NCBI RefSeq assembly: GCF_004010195.1 | Contig: NC_057718.1 | Location: 6,424,857 to 6,488,856, forward strand | DNA length: 64,000 nt | DNA from: Chiloscyllium plagiosum | Taxonomy: Eukaryota | Direction of reading: 5' to 3' | Part shown: piece by piece, positions 35,025 to 46,879 of the stretch | How positions within the stretch are numbered: position 1 is the first letter of the stretch | Layout: every line of letters starts with the position of its first letter | The notes under the pieces: generated by a model | What the model was told of the DNA's origin: nothing | Database searches by the model: none | What the model saw: only the letters and a program-made list of their open reading frames with translations | Made by a program: the position numbers and the translations under genes

Positions 35025-35835
35025 GGGGCTCCAGGCATACCATAACCAGGAGAACCCAGCTCCAGATCTACTACAGCCAGGAGACCCCAGCTCCAGACCA
35101 CCAAAACCAGGAAACACCAACTCCAGACCAACCACAGCCAGGAAACACCAGCTCCAGGCCTACCACAGCCAAGAGACTCCAGCTCTAGACCACCAAAATC
35201 AGGAAACACCAGCTCCAGACCAACCACAGCCAGGAAACACCAGCTCCAGATCTACCACAGCCAGGAGACCCCAGCTCCAGACCAACCACAGCCAGGAAAC
35301 ACCAGCTCCAGATCTACCACAGCCAGGAGACCCCAGCTCCAGACCAACCACAGCCAAGAGACTCCAGCTCTAGACCACCAAAATCAGGAAACACCAGCTC
35401 CAGACCAACCACAGCCAGGAAACACCAGCTCCAGACCAACCACAGCCAGGAAACACCAGCTCCAGACCAACCACAGCCAGGAAATACCAGCTCCAGACCA
35501 ACCACAACTAGGAAACACTAGGTCCAGACCAACCACAGCCAGGAAATACCAGCTCCAGATCTACCACAAACAGGAGACTCTAGCTCCAGGCCTAACACAG
35601 CCAGGAGACTCCAGCTCCAGACCTACCACAAACAGGAAATTCCAGTTCCAGACCTACCACAGCCAGGAGACACCAGCTCCAGACCTACCACAGTCAGGAG
35701 ACACCAGCTCCAGGCCTACCACAGTCAGGATGCCCCATCTCCAAGCTTACCACAAGCAGGAGACATCGGCTCCACGCCTACTACAACCGGGGCAGCCCAG
35801 CTTCCACCTACCACAACCTGGAGACTCCAGCTCCG
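35025..35835. repeat. 31-bp minisatellite, ~26 copies
   Basis: Unit CCAGCTCCAGACCAACCACAGCCAGGAAACA. Confidence 0.95.
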
Positions 35836-35884
35836 TGGCCCTGCCACCTCAACGATGCCTGGAGTCCCCACTGAGGAAGACAAT

Positions 35885-36110
35885 GAACAGAAGAAATGTC
35901 TTTATTGTTTACTCAGTGAGAAGATGGTGGTAATCAGAAATGCACTGCCTGGGAGGGTAGTAAAGGCAGAAAACCTCACAACCTTTGAAAATGAGCACTT
36001 GAAATGGCACAACACTCAGGCCTGTGGGACTGATGCTGGGAAATTTAATGTGTGGAGATAGGCCGACACTGGCTCAATGGGCTGAAGGAGCTGTTCTTTG
36101 CTGCACAATT
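35885..36110 (+). mobile_element. CR1 LINE 3' end
   Basis: RNALPGRVVKAENLTTF plus 3'UTR. Confidence 0.7.
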
Positions 36111-37069
36111 CAATAAGTCTTTCATCAGTCAATCCGGGGCTCTCCATGACTTCATTCTTTTAAAGTGCTTTAACTCTCAAAGTCTAGTTTAGCTCTGCTA
36201 ATCAACATTACACTCAGAGCACCAAGTCCAGTTTAATCACTGTCTAATGAAGGCTCGGCAGAATTTCTGGAGGCTTCAGGCATTGTTCTTCTTATGTGTC
36301 CCTTAACATGACCCGGGTGATTCGAGTGGAAAATAGGTTCCTTTCGGAATGGCCCAAACATCCTTCTCTGCATCAAATACAGAAGCTGGCCAAGGAAATG
36401 CATGCACATACATATAAAGTCCTAAATATGTCAACACGTTTTAGAATAATAACTATTTTTAAATGCACTTGACATCTGGCCCTGATACAATGCCAGAAAA
36501 CTTGATGATTAATGCCAGCCGCAAACAATTCCTTCATGGCTAAGTGACTAGTCTCCATTATTTACTGGCACAACACACACAGGAGCATTTTGTGCGTTTC
36601 TATTGACAAGTGTTAACCAACCACACCAGGGAATTTGTCAATAGGTGTTGAAAACCTGCTGGATTGTGTTACTTTACAATCTGACACCATAAAATCTAAT
36701 TCCACCCAACACGATCAGGAGAATGAGGAGGGAAGGTGAAACAGTGCAGGACATCATCGCAGTGCCTGTGTGGCTCACTGGATAGCATGGATTTCTCAGT
36801 CATGACAAATTCACACTGAAGTACAAAAGCTAGGTTAACTCTGTGTCAGAGCTGCTATTAGTGGCATGAGATAGTAAATGGAAGCCCTCTTTGATCTTCT
36901 GGTTGGATGTGAAAGCCCCATCCATCCCTTCCCCAATGGCTATTGTTTTTAAGAAAGGCAGAGGAGACCTGCAGGTTGGAAGAATAGATGCACAGACTAT
37001 TTTCAAAATGGGGAAAGGCTTCATAAATCTGAAGCCTAAAGGGATTTAGGAGTCCCCATTTAGGATTTG

Positions 37070-37720
37070 CTTAAGGTTAGCATTCAGAGTCGGTTGGCAA
37101 TTACGAATGCAAATGCAATGTTAGCATTCATTCCAGAAAGGTTAGGAAAAAAGAACAGAGATGTACTGTTGAGGCTGCATAAGGCTTTGGTCAGTCCGCG
37201 GTGGGAATACTGTGAGCAGTTTTAGGCCCTGTTTCTAAGGAAGGATGTGCTGGCGTTGGAGGGGGTCCCGAGGAGATTTACAAGAATGATCCTAGGGTTG
37301 AAGGGTTTGTCATATTAGGAACGGTTGAGGACTCTGAGTCTGTGCTCGATGGAGTTTAGGAGGATGAGGGGGGAGCTGATTGAAATGCACAGAATACTGA
37401 GAGACCTGGATACAGTAGACATGGAGAAGGTGTTTCCATGAGTAGGACCCGAGGGCACAGCCTTGGAGTCAAGGGATGACCCTTTAGAACTGGGATGAGA
37501 AGGGATCTTTTCAGCCAGAGAATCTGTGGGACTCATTGCCACAGAGGGTTGTGGATGCCAAGTCATTGAGATTTAAGACATAGATAGGTTCTTGATTGGT
37601 AAGGAGATCAAAGATTACAGGAAGAAGGCAGGAGAACAGTTTGAAAATGTCAGCCATGATTGAATGGTGGAGCAGACTCAATGGGCTGAATGACTTAATT
37701 CTTCTCCTGTATCTTATGGT
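37070..37720 (+). mobile_element. CR1 LINE 3' fragment
   Basis: ANAMLAFI...LVSP.WEYCEQF motifs and 3'UTR. Confidence 0.85.
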
Positions 37721-37739
37721 CTGCAATCCAACACTTAAA

Positions 37740-38335
37740 GTCATAGAGTAATAGGGATGTACAGAATGGAAACAGACCATTTGGTCCAACCCGTCCATGC
37801 CGACCAGATATCCCAACCCAATCTAGTCCTACCTGCAAAAAAATCAAATAATTGATGGAAGTTCTTCCCATTTAGAGTCATAGAGTCATAGAGATGTACA
37901 GCATGGAAACAGACGCTTCGGTCATACCCGTCCTAGTCGTCCAGATATCCCAACCCAATCTAGTCCCACCTACCATATCACTCCAAACCCTTACTCTTCA
38001 TATATCCATCCAAATGCCTCTTAAATGTTGCAATTGTACCAGTCTCCACCACTTCCTCTGGCAGCTCATGCATACACGTACCACCCTCTGTATGAAAAAG
38101 TTGCCCCTTAGGTCTCTTTTATATCTTTCCCCTCTCACCCTAAACCTATGCCCTCTAGTTCTGGACTCCCCTACCCCAGGGAAAAGACTTTGCCTATTTA
38201 TCCTATCCATGCCCCTCATGATTTTGTAAACCTCTATAAGGTCACCCCTCAGCCTCTGACGCTCCAGGGAAAACAGCCCCAGCCTGTTCAGCCTCTCCCT
38301 ATAGCTCAAATCCTTGTAAATCTTTTCTGGACCTT
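37740..38335 (-). mobile_element. CR1 (HER1-like) 3' fragments, two tails
   Basis: ORF 37998-38489 LSYRERLNRLGLFSLERQRLRGDLIEVYKIMRG; tails at 37740 and 37875. Confidence 0.9.
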
Positions 38336-38354
38336 CAACACCATTAGAAGTACC

Positions 38355-38480
38355 TAACCTGGCCATTATCACACAGCTAATAGTGAGAGCTTGCTGTGTG
38401 TACGTTTCTCTGTTTCCTATATTCCAACAGAGACTACATTTCCAAAGTGTGTAGCAGCTTTGTGGCATCTTGGAAGTGAC
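38355..38480 (+). mobile_element. DeuSINE relic
   Basis: CTGGCCATTATCACA...GAGCTTGCTGTG...TTTCCTATATTCCAACAGAGACTACA resembles the Deu-domain. Confidence 0.5.
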
Positions 38481-39159
38481 CAATTCCACCTTGATGGTCT
38501 GCCCAAAGGCTCAAACTGTTCTCTTGATATGAGACATGAGTAAAGCACCACTGGCCTTCCCTTCGGCCTAGTGAGGGCCTTGATTGGCCAATTATTTTCC
38601 GTGCCCTTAAGCTCCAACTATCTACAAGCCCAGAGAGCACTGGGCATTGGCAAAGGAGATGAGAGTCAGAACTTCATTTCCATTTCAATTTTGACTAAAA
38701 GGTGGGGAATGAAGAGGAAACATTCTCTAGGCCTTTCAATCCATCAATTCAAAAACAACTGCCAAATGATTTCTCACCAGTTGGCATCACAAGTGGACAT
38801 CTGAATATTTCATAAATGCTATGAGGTTTTCTGCCTCCCCCACCCTTTCAGGAGGTAAGTTCCAGATTCCCAGTACCCTCTGAGGAAGAAAGATATATCT
38901 CCCATCTCCTCTAAACCTTCTGCACCTCACCTAATTGTTGCCCACACCGCCCCCCCACCTCCCCGTTCATTCATTCCTCCACCATGGGGAAACATTTCTC
39001 TCTGTGAACCCTGTCTATGACCCGGAAATATCTAAACAGGGGTCACCCTTTATGCACTTGTGCCCAGTACACTGGCTAGGGCCAGCCAGCTTGGAGTCAG
39101 TCCCCTGAACGGCAGAGATTCGAACCTCCTGGTTATGTATTTGATTCTGGTCTCCTGGT

Positions 39160-40164
39160 AATTTTTTTTTACTTTTTATCAAACCGTACAAAATACAAAA
39201 GAACAGTCAACAGTGAATACTAAACAGTATTTTACAGGAGAAAGAGGCGACAAGACCAAACCCCAAACCCCACCATACAGCCAGTGAGCAGGGAAATGTG
39301 GTCAAACCCCAAACCCCACCGTACAGCCAATTAGCAGGGAATTGTGGTCAAACCCCAAACCCCACCGTACAGCCAGTTAGCAGGGAAATGTGGAAGAACC
39401 TCAATCCCCCCTTAACTCACCAAAGAGGAATCAGTAAACACTCACAGTTCGATAAACCACAGAATAAAATTACACGGACACCCTGGCAACTCAGAATCTC
39501 CCAACTATATTTTTGTTTTGTCATTCACTTGAAAATCTCTTGGTTATACGTTTTTTCTCTTTTCCTCCCACATTCCTGCCTAACTGCGGTAGTGCTTATA
39601 TTTTCCCCAGCATTCATGTTGTGTGTGTGCAGGTGTGAGACACAGTGAGAGACACAAGGTGCATGAATCTTTATTCATTTCCAACTACCAGGAAGAAAGG
39701 AAACACCCGAGTGGCCAGTGACAAGCACTGCCCTTCACATCAAAGAGCAATGCTGTGTGATCAAACAGTGAAGGGGAGGGCAGGGATTAAATCAAAATAG
39801 AGTTGGAGGGGGAAATAATGCACTCCACTCCCTGCGGCACCTACCTCTCCCTGAACAACTCCAGGGTGTTGGTGGCCACCGTGTGCTCCTTCTCCAGAGA
39901 CACCCGGGCTCTAACGTAACTGCGGAAGAGGGGCAGGCAGTCGGCCCTAACAACTCTCTCCATGGCCCACTGCCTGGACCTGTTGATGGCCAGTTTGGCC
40001 AGGCCCAGGAGCAGACCTACCAGGAGGTCCTCTGGCGTGCCCTCCCCCTCCGTACCAGGTGCTCGAAGATCAGGAGCGTGAGACTGAAGTGCAACCAAAA
40101 TCAGAAAAGGCGGTCTTTAAGAAAATCAATTTGGGAGTGCAAGCGCCCACACTCCATGTATACT
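39160..40164 (-). mobile_element. Tx1/L1-clade LINE 3' fragment
   Basis: VYMECGRL...FWLHFSLTLLIF, DLLVGLLLGLAKLAINRSR...LFRSYVRARVSLE; T-tract at 39162; TCCTGGTTAT at 39127-39136 and 40165-40174. Confidence 0.75.
39256..39392. repeat. ~46-bp tandem repeat x3
   Basis: CAAACCCCAAACCCCACCGTACAGCCA.TTAGCAGGGAA.TGTGG. Confidence 0.9.
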
Positions 40165-40371
40165 TCCTGGTTATATCGGTCAGCCAGGGATTTCTTGATT
40201 GACGTAGGCTAACAAACCCAATCAAGGATCTTGTACGTCAACGAGATCAACTTGGCTCCAACCATAACAGACCCTCATAATTTTCTGCCTCTCAATCATT
40301 CTCCACTCAGTCTCCGTTGCTGCAGTCTGTCTAATCACTATCACTGAACTTTGGCCAATATCCTGGTCAAT

Positions 40372-41615
40372 CACTGCAGATGTATATAATTTGGATAAAT
40401 GTCAGGTTATTCACCTCGGAAGTAAGAACATGAAGGAGGATTCCTACATGAGTGGCTGTAAACTGGGAGAGGGGAGTGCGCAGTGGGACCTGGGTGTCCT
40501 TGTGCACCAGTCGCTGAGGTAAGCATGCAGGTGCAGCAGGCAGCAAAGAAGGCAAGTGGGATGTTGGCCTTCATTGTGAGAGGTTTTGAGTACAGGAGCA
40601 GGGGTATGTTATTGCAGTTATACAGGGCCTTGGTGAGGCCACACCTGGAATATTGTGGCCGTTTTGGTCTCCTTTTCTGAGGAAGGATGCTCTTGCTCTC
40701 GAGGGAGTGCAGTGAAGGCTTCCCAGGCTGATTCCGGGAATAGTGGGACTGATGTATGAGGAGAGATTGATGAGGTTAGGATTGTCTTCACTAGAGTTCA
40801 GATGAATAAGGAGGGTATCTCAAAGAGACTTATAAAATCCTAACAGGACTAGACTGGTAGATGCAGGCAGGACATTCTCAATGGCACGGTGGCTCAGTGG
40901 TTAGCACTATTGCATTACAGCACCAGGGACCTGGGTTCAATCGTTGTCTCGGGTGACTGTCTGTGTGGAGTTTGCATGTTCTCCCTGTGTCTGCATGGGT
41001 TTCGTCCGACAATCCAAAGGTGTGCAGGTTAAGTGAATCGGACATGCTAAAATGTTCATAGTATTCAGAGATGTGCAGGTTAGGTGCATTAGTGAATTGA
41101 AGTTATTGTCATGTGTACTAAGGCACAGTGAAAAGCTTTGTCTTGCCTGTAATACAGGCAGGTCACATAATTAAGTAGCATAGAGTAGTCTGGGGTAAAT
41201 GTAGAGTTGTAGGAGAATGGATTTTGGTGGGTTACTCTTCGGAGGGTTGGTGTGGACTTGCTTCCACGCTGTAGGGATTCTCTGATAGTGGATGTGTCCA
41301 GAACCAGGTGTCATGGTCTGAGGATTTGGGTGGACCATTTAGGACGGAGATGAGGAGACATTTCTTCACCCAAAGAATGGTGAGCCTGTGGAATTCATTA
41401 CCACAGGAAGTAGTTGATGCTAAAACATTGAATGTATTCAAGTGGCAGCTAGATATAGCACTTGGGGCATATGGGATTAAAGGTTATGGGGAGAAAGCTG
41501 CATTAAGCTATTGAGTTGGACAAGCAGCCATGATAGCGATGAATGGCGGGGCAGGCTCAAAGGGCTGAATGGCCTCCTCCTGCTCCTATCTTCTAATGTT
41601 TCAATGTTTCTATCA
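40372..41615 (+). mobile_element. CR1 LINE 3' fragment with nested HE1
   Basis: KKASGMLAFIVRGFEYRSRG.LLQLYRALVRPHLEYC; RHFFTQRMVSLWNSLPQ. Confidence 0.9.
40882..41282 (+). mobile_element. HE1-type V-SINE, itself interrupted at ~41095-41190
   Basis: GGCACGGTGGCTCAGTGGTTAGCAC head, V-domain, tail. Confidence 0.85.
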
Positions 41616-42179
41616 CCTCTGCACCCTCTCCAGTACAATCATATCCCTCCCATCATGTATTTGGCAAGGCATGCTTAATGTCATGAGGGTTTAATTGCAC
41701 TGAAGTTGGAAATGTTGAGTCAAATTTAATTTCCAAACGTGTTGACTGTAGACCCATTGGTAGATCTTGTCTCCAAATCAGAGACTTGCAAGATTGCAGA
41801 TTTAGTGTGATTGGCGAGATAACCAGAGGAGAAATGAGGAGATTTTCTAAGATAATGAGCTCTGATCTGGAATGTGACATGGAAGGATGGTGGGTGCAGG
41901 TACAGTTGTAACTTGAGAAAGGAAACAACATTGGCAGAGAACGGGGAAAAAGGGGAAAGGAAAAGAGTGATTAGTCGATCAGAACTTTAAAAGAGTCAGC
42001 TCAGGTTTGAAGCCTCTGTAACTCTAACCTTGAGATTTTCCATTTTGGTGCCCAAGTGTATTCAATGGTGACAGGGATAGGGTAGGACGCTCTTCAGAGG
42101 GTTGGCTCAGCGGAAAGGACTGATTGGGCACTATCTGCACTGTAGGAATTCTATGATTCCAAAATTCTACAACTAAGAG

Positions 42180-42512
42180 GGAGGTGATGACCTCGTGATA
42201 TTGTCAGCTAGAAATTCAGGGAATGCTCTGGGGGCCAGGTTTGAGTCCTATTATGACAGATGGTGGAATTTGAATTTAATTTAAATAAAATGTCTGGAGT
42301 TAATGATGACCATGAAACCTGTTGCTGATTGTTGGGGGGAAGAAATATCTGGTTCATTAATGTCGTCTCAGGAAGGAAACTCCCTGGTCTGGCCTACATG
42401 TGACTCCAGACGCACAGCATGAGGTTCATTCTTAACTGCCCTCTGGGCAATTAGGAATGGGCAATAAATTCCAGCCCAGCCAGCGACACCCTCTCCAAGA
42501 AAGAATAAAAAA
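42180..42512 (+). mobile_element. tRNA-derived SINE with L2-like tail (third family)
   Basis: Collinear with 15058-15400. Confidence 0.75.
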
Positions 42513-42889
42513 TACGTCCTGCTCTGAGCAAGGAGACAGCTTGATGGATCAATTGGCTTATTAAAAGCAGACTGATGAGCTTCTCAGTGAATCACAGGCC
42601 TTGACGCTGAAATCCCCTGTCTCGCCAAAAGCTGCTGACCAATCAGAAGCTGGCAGGTTGTGGGTCCTATACATCATCGTTGGTGGCCTTGTCATTTGGG
42701 AATCCAATGACAAAATGTTAGACTTTTCCTTTTGGACGTCATGGCAGAGAGAGGTTTCCAGTGCCAGACGCAAAGGTATTGAGGTGTTTTTCAGCAATTA
42801 CCCTCTTGACCCCGTCCCTACCCCAAATGGCCCCACATTTGGGGCAAACAGAGATACTCCTGTAACCTGCAGGAGCGACTGTCCTGCTT

Positions 42890-43155
42890 CAGAAAACTGA
42901 GGGGAATCTAATAGAAACCTGTAGAATTCTAACAGAACTAGGCAGGGTAATTGAAGGAGGGATGTTCCTGATGAGCAGGGAGTTCAGAACCAGGGAGCGT
43001 CTAAGGGCATGGGGTAGACCGTTTAGACTGAAAAGAGGAGATTTCTTCACCCAGAGAGTGGTGAGCCATGATTACACTGAATGCTTGAGCTGTCTGGAAA
43101 GGCCAAATGGCCTACTCATACTCTGATTTTTTTTTTATATATGCTTCTATGTTTC
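42890..43155 (+). mobile_element. CR1 LINE 3' end
   Basis: TGAGGGGAATCTAATAGAAACC...TTCTTCACCCAGAGAGTGGTGAGCC. Confidence 0.75.
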
Positions 43156-43429
43156 CAGATCAGGAAGCTAGTCACTTATCTCACCTGCCCAGGGGTGAGT
43201 GAAGGCCGTTGATTGATTATTAATTGAACACTCAAGGGTCTTAACTATTGTCTGATAAACCTTCTAACTCAGCATCTAATTGTAGGGATGGTATCTCTTC
43301 AGGGCCAACTGGGTGAAGTGTTTCCCCCTCCACACCTCCAGGGATGGGAAGGATTGTGGCCTATGTTTCTGACCTTTCTCGAGTAATTCCACTGCTGACC
43401 ATTGCTCAGTTACAGTTTTAAATCCCACA

Positions 43430-43530
43430 ACACCAGTGCTGCTCAGTTTGAAAGTCAGTGTTTCCAAATAAACCTGTTGGACTATAATCTGGTGTCATGT
43501 GATTTTTAACTTTGTCCACCCCAGTCCAAC
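43430..43530 (+). mobile_element. Penelope-like family B fragment
   Basis: AAACCTGTTGGACTATAATCTGGTGTCATGTGATTTTTAACTTTGTCCACCCCAGTCCAAC. Confidence 0.7.
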
Positions 43531-43621
43531 ATGGGTCCTCTCAATTGCAGTTGGACTAACTGACAAGCTCCCTGGTGCACTTCTCTCTCTCACACTCCCT
43601 GTGACATTCCTTACAACACGT

Positions 43622-43845
43622 ATCCTTCACCCAGGGAGTGGTGAGCCTGTGGAATTCTCTGCCAGTGAAAGCAGTAGAGATCAAAATACCAAGGAGTTTG
43701 ATGTAGTACTGGGAGTTAAAGGGATCAATTATCAGGGAGAAAGTGGGAACAGGGTACTGAGTTCGATGATCAGTCATGATCATATCAAAAGGTGGAACAG
43801 ATTGGACGGGCTGAATGGCCGATTCCTAATCCTATCTTCTGTTCC
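43622..43845 (+). mobile_element. CR1 LINE 3' end
   Basis: TTCACCCAGGGAGTGGTGAGCCTGTGGAATTCTCTGCC...GGGCTGAATGGCC. Confidence 0.75.
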
Positions 43846-46039
43846 TGGAGCTTCCATCAACCTACTGTATTAGAATCCAGTTTGCGAAGATGGGAAATTG
43901 TTTTGTTTCTTGATTGGTTGTGCCTTGTGCTCAAATAAAAAAAGGAGTTTTTATTACATGTTATTACACAAAAATACCTGAAAATGTTTTGCCTTCTTTT
44001 CTGAAGAGCACTGAAAAAGAGACAATGGTCTGGGGCTAGAGTTACCTGCCCACTCCTCAGGTGAGTTTGGGTGTTGGGGAGGAGCTTGCTAGCTCTACCT
44101 TGGTTAGGCCCATAGTGTGGAAGCTTGTAGATGGCTTCCTGCTTCAACACCACAAACCACGCCTTGCTGTGCACGTAACCCCATCTTGCTGCTGCTTGTA
44201 CTAACTTAGAGTTATGCGGGGGTGGAGTAAGAAGGTGTTCAACATGTGGAGGAGTGTCATAAGGGACCTTTGATAGACTGACTGCAGGCTCGCAGGGAGT
44301 AGGGCGTTAGGCCTTGTTCAAAAGGCCCTAAAAACTTGATGGAGGGCGTCTGCGAAGTCCTTATTGACTCCCCAAAACCATGGCCTGGCCTCATTCCATC
44401 ACACACCTGTGTCCTGCGGGTGCCGTTAGAACAGCAAACACCACCTCCTCGGTGTTTTCACTTGATCTGTTGGCCACTGTTTGGCCATGTCTGGAGAGGA
44501 GCCAGACATTCAGCATTCAGCCTGGATTTCCAAGCATGGCTCAGTGGTCCTTGTGGATAGGATGTGATATTACGCACAGTCAATCTTCCTGATAACACTT
44601 ACCGTCTAGGCTCTTCCTTACAGAATGAGTAAGTGGGTGAGGAGTTGCAGTGCTGCTGGTAATTATACAATCAGTGGGAGTCAGGTTCTGAGGGGGTTTA
44701 AGAAATTGACCAGCTTCAGGCTGGTGGGATGAATAGCCTCCACCCTTTTCTTCTTGTTCTTTAGAGGAGGATCTTAACTTGTTGGGAGAACAAAGACAAT
44801 AGCAACTCAATCTGAACAGGAAACCCCCAACAGGTAAATCTCCATCCATGAGAAAGCGAGGATTAATCTTTTAGCGTTGGATTCCACCCAAAAGATTAAC
44901 TCATCTTTCTGGGTCAGTTAATGGATGCTCTGTCTTTCTGTTTATAGTTTGTAAAAAAGAGGAAATCTCCCAGCCACAGTGCGACCTAAAGAGAACATGT
45001 CTCGTTTGGTGTGATTAATAATCAGTGTGACATCCTTTTGTCTGTCCCTGCCAACATTGCTTGATTCCTTCTCCAGTTGGAAGAGTCCAGGACTATCTGT
45101 TTACTCAATTAATCTTCCTTCCAGTGTGGAGGTCAGGAAGTTCTCCAATAACCCTTCTCCTTCCATTGCCATTTCACCTTCCCTATTTCAACAGTGAAAA
45201 TAAAGTCCCTGCAATTCCCAGCAATGGATGACTCAGGCAACAGAGGAACTCATGCAGTGTCTTCAGCTAGCAAAGATGGAGTGAACTGAGTGGTTGGACT
45301 GAGTTCTCTACGAGGTGTCATTATCTATGCTGTGGACATATCTGGATTGCAGTTTCTGTTACCAGTTTTCTCTTTTCATTATATTGTGTCTGATGCTCAG
45401 CAGGAATGCTATCATGTTGTTGCCTGGCATGTTTGATCATACGAAGGGCAGGATAAATCAATGAGCCTGATTTATTTATGGTTGATAATTGCCATTTACT
45501 CTCTTGAATGACTGCAAAGGAATCACTGAGTGCAGGCCATTTTTTTTTGAGGTGACAATTCCAACTTGAAGCTGTGAACTGTGGGCAAGTGTCTCAGGAA
45601 TTGTTCAACATTGGAAGGAATTAGCAATCCCCGATGCTGTTTTATATCCCAGTGAGCAATAATGGCAACACAATTAAGAAGTGCAGTCATTGAGAAAGGC
45701 TAGCACAGCTATCTTTATATGCTGTCTCCAATCCAAGATTGAAAGATAAATCGGGAAGCACCATGATTGGTAATGGTGATGTGTTTGGAGGGTAAAAGGA
45801 TTAATCACAACTGACTTTGTTGTGCTAATAATGAAGCCATAGCACTAAAAGATTCCCTTTGGGGGCAAATGATGGAGAAACACATTCTCTTGGAAGAGTC
45901 TCAATGACAAACAACAGCAATGATAAATGTAATTTTAGACTCTAGACTCACTCAACACTCCAACAGAATCCATCATACTAAAACCAAGGCAAGGGAAAGT
46001 GAGAAAGATCGATATTTGCATGATGACATCTTGCCTGCT

Positions 46040-46500
46040 ATAGGAGAAAGTGAGGGCTGCAGATGCTGGAGATCAGAGTTGAAAATGTGTTGCTGGAAAA
46101 GCGCAGTAGGTCGGGCAGCATCCAAGGAACAGGAGAATCGACGTTTCGGGCATAAGCCCTTCTTCAGGAATGAGGAAAGATAAAAGGTAGGGAGGAGGGA
46201 CTTGGGGGAGGGGTGTTGGAAATGCGATAGGTGGAGGAAGGTCAAGGTGAGGGTGATAGGCCAGAGTGGGGTGCCAGTGGAGAGGTCAGGAAGAAGATTG
46301 CAGGTTAGGAAGGCAGTGCTGAGTTTGAGGGATTTGACTGAGACAAGGTGGGGGGAGGGGAAATGAGGAAACTGGAGAAATCTGAGTTCATCCCTTGTGG
46401 TTGGAGGGTTCCTTGGCAGAAGATGAGGCGCTCTTCCTCCAACCGTCGTGATGCATGGTCTGGCAATGGAGGAGTCTAAGGACCTGCATGTCCTTGGTGG
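46040..46500 (-). mobile_element. Penelope-like element 3' fragment (GIY-YIG C-terminus, UTR and hammerhead), family A
   Basis: Minus-strand translation KDMQVLRLLHCQT / RRLEEERLIFCQGTLQPQGMNSDFSSF, matching the PLE GIY-YIG end motif R.LEE..LIF.LGTL.P.G.N. Confidence 0.8.
46136..46171 (-). ncRNA. Minimal hammerhead ribozyme motif (family A, core intact)
   Basis: attc CTGAAGA a gggc ttat gccc GAAA cg TC gatt. Confidence 0.7.
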
Positions 46501-46879
46501 ACAATAAATGCTGCCTAGCCAGTGACATCCTCGTCCCGTGAATGAATTAAGGAAAGAAAAGGTTTTGATTTTGTGAATAACTAGCTTTATTTGAACTGTT
46601 TTAACTAATAAGTATTTCATTGCTAATGAATGTGATATCTGCTTCTGTCTTTGTGTCGTTGTTTGGACCTGTCCCTAAAACAGCAAGTTTTCCCTTCAGT
46701 GACATCAATATTTCAACAGGTATGTCACTGCCCCTTTAAGAAAGTTGCTTGCGGATGTAGGGGCGTCAGGCCTAGTAACAATTAACATCTGCTTAATGAC
46801 AGCGCTCCATGATGTACTGAAGCAAGGAGGATTCACTAACAATTAGTTAGCATGAGGATACTTTCATTTGTAATTCACC

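Noticed and set aside
35025..35835. CRISPR-like regular repeats / mucin-like ORFs
   Set aside because: Contiguous tandem units without unique spacers, eukaryotic context, no cas genes; frames shift every unit
44624..44628. Plus-strand 5-nt microexon (CCTTACAG|AATGA|GTAAGT)
   Set aside because: Not frame-preserving and unsupported; likely chance
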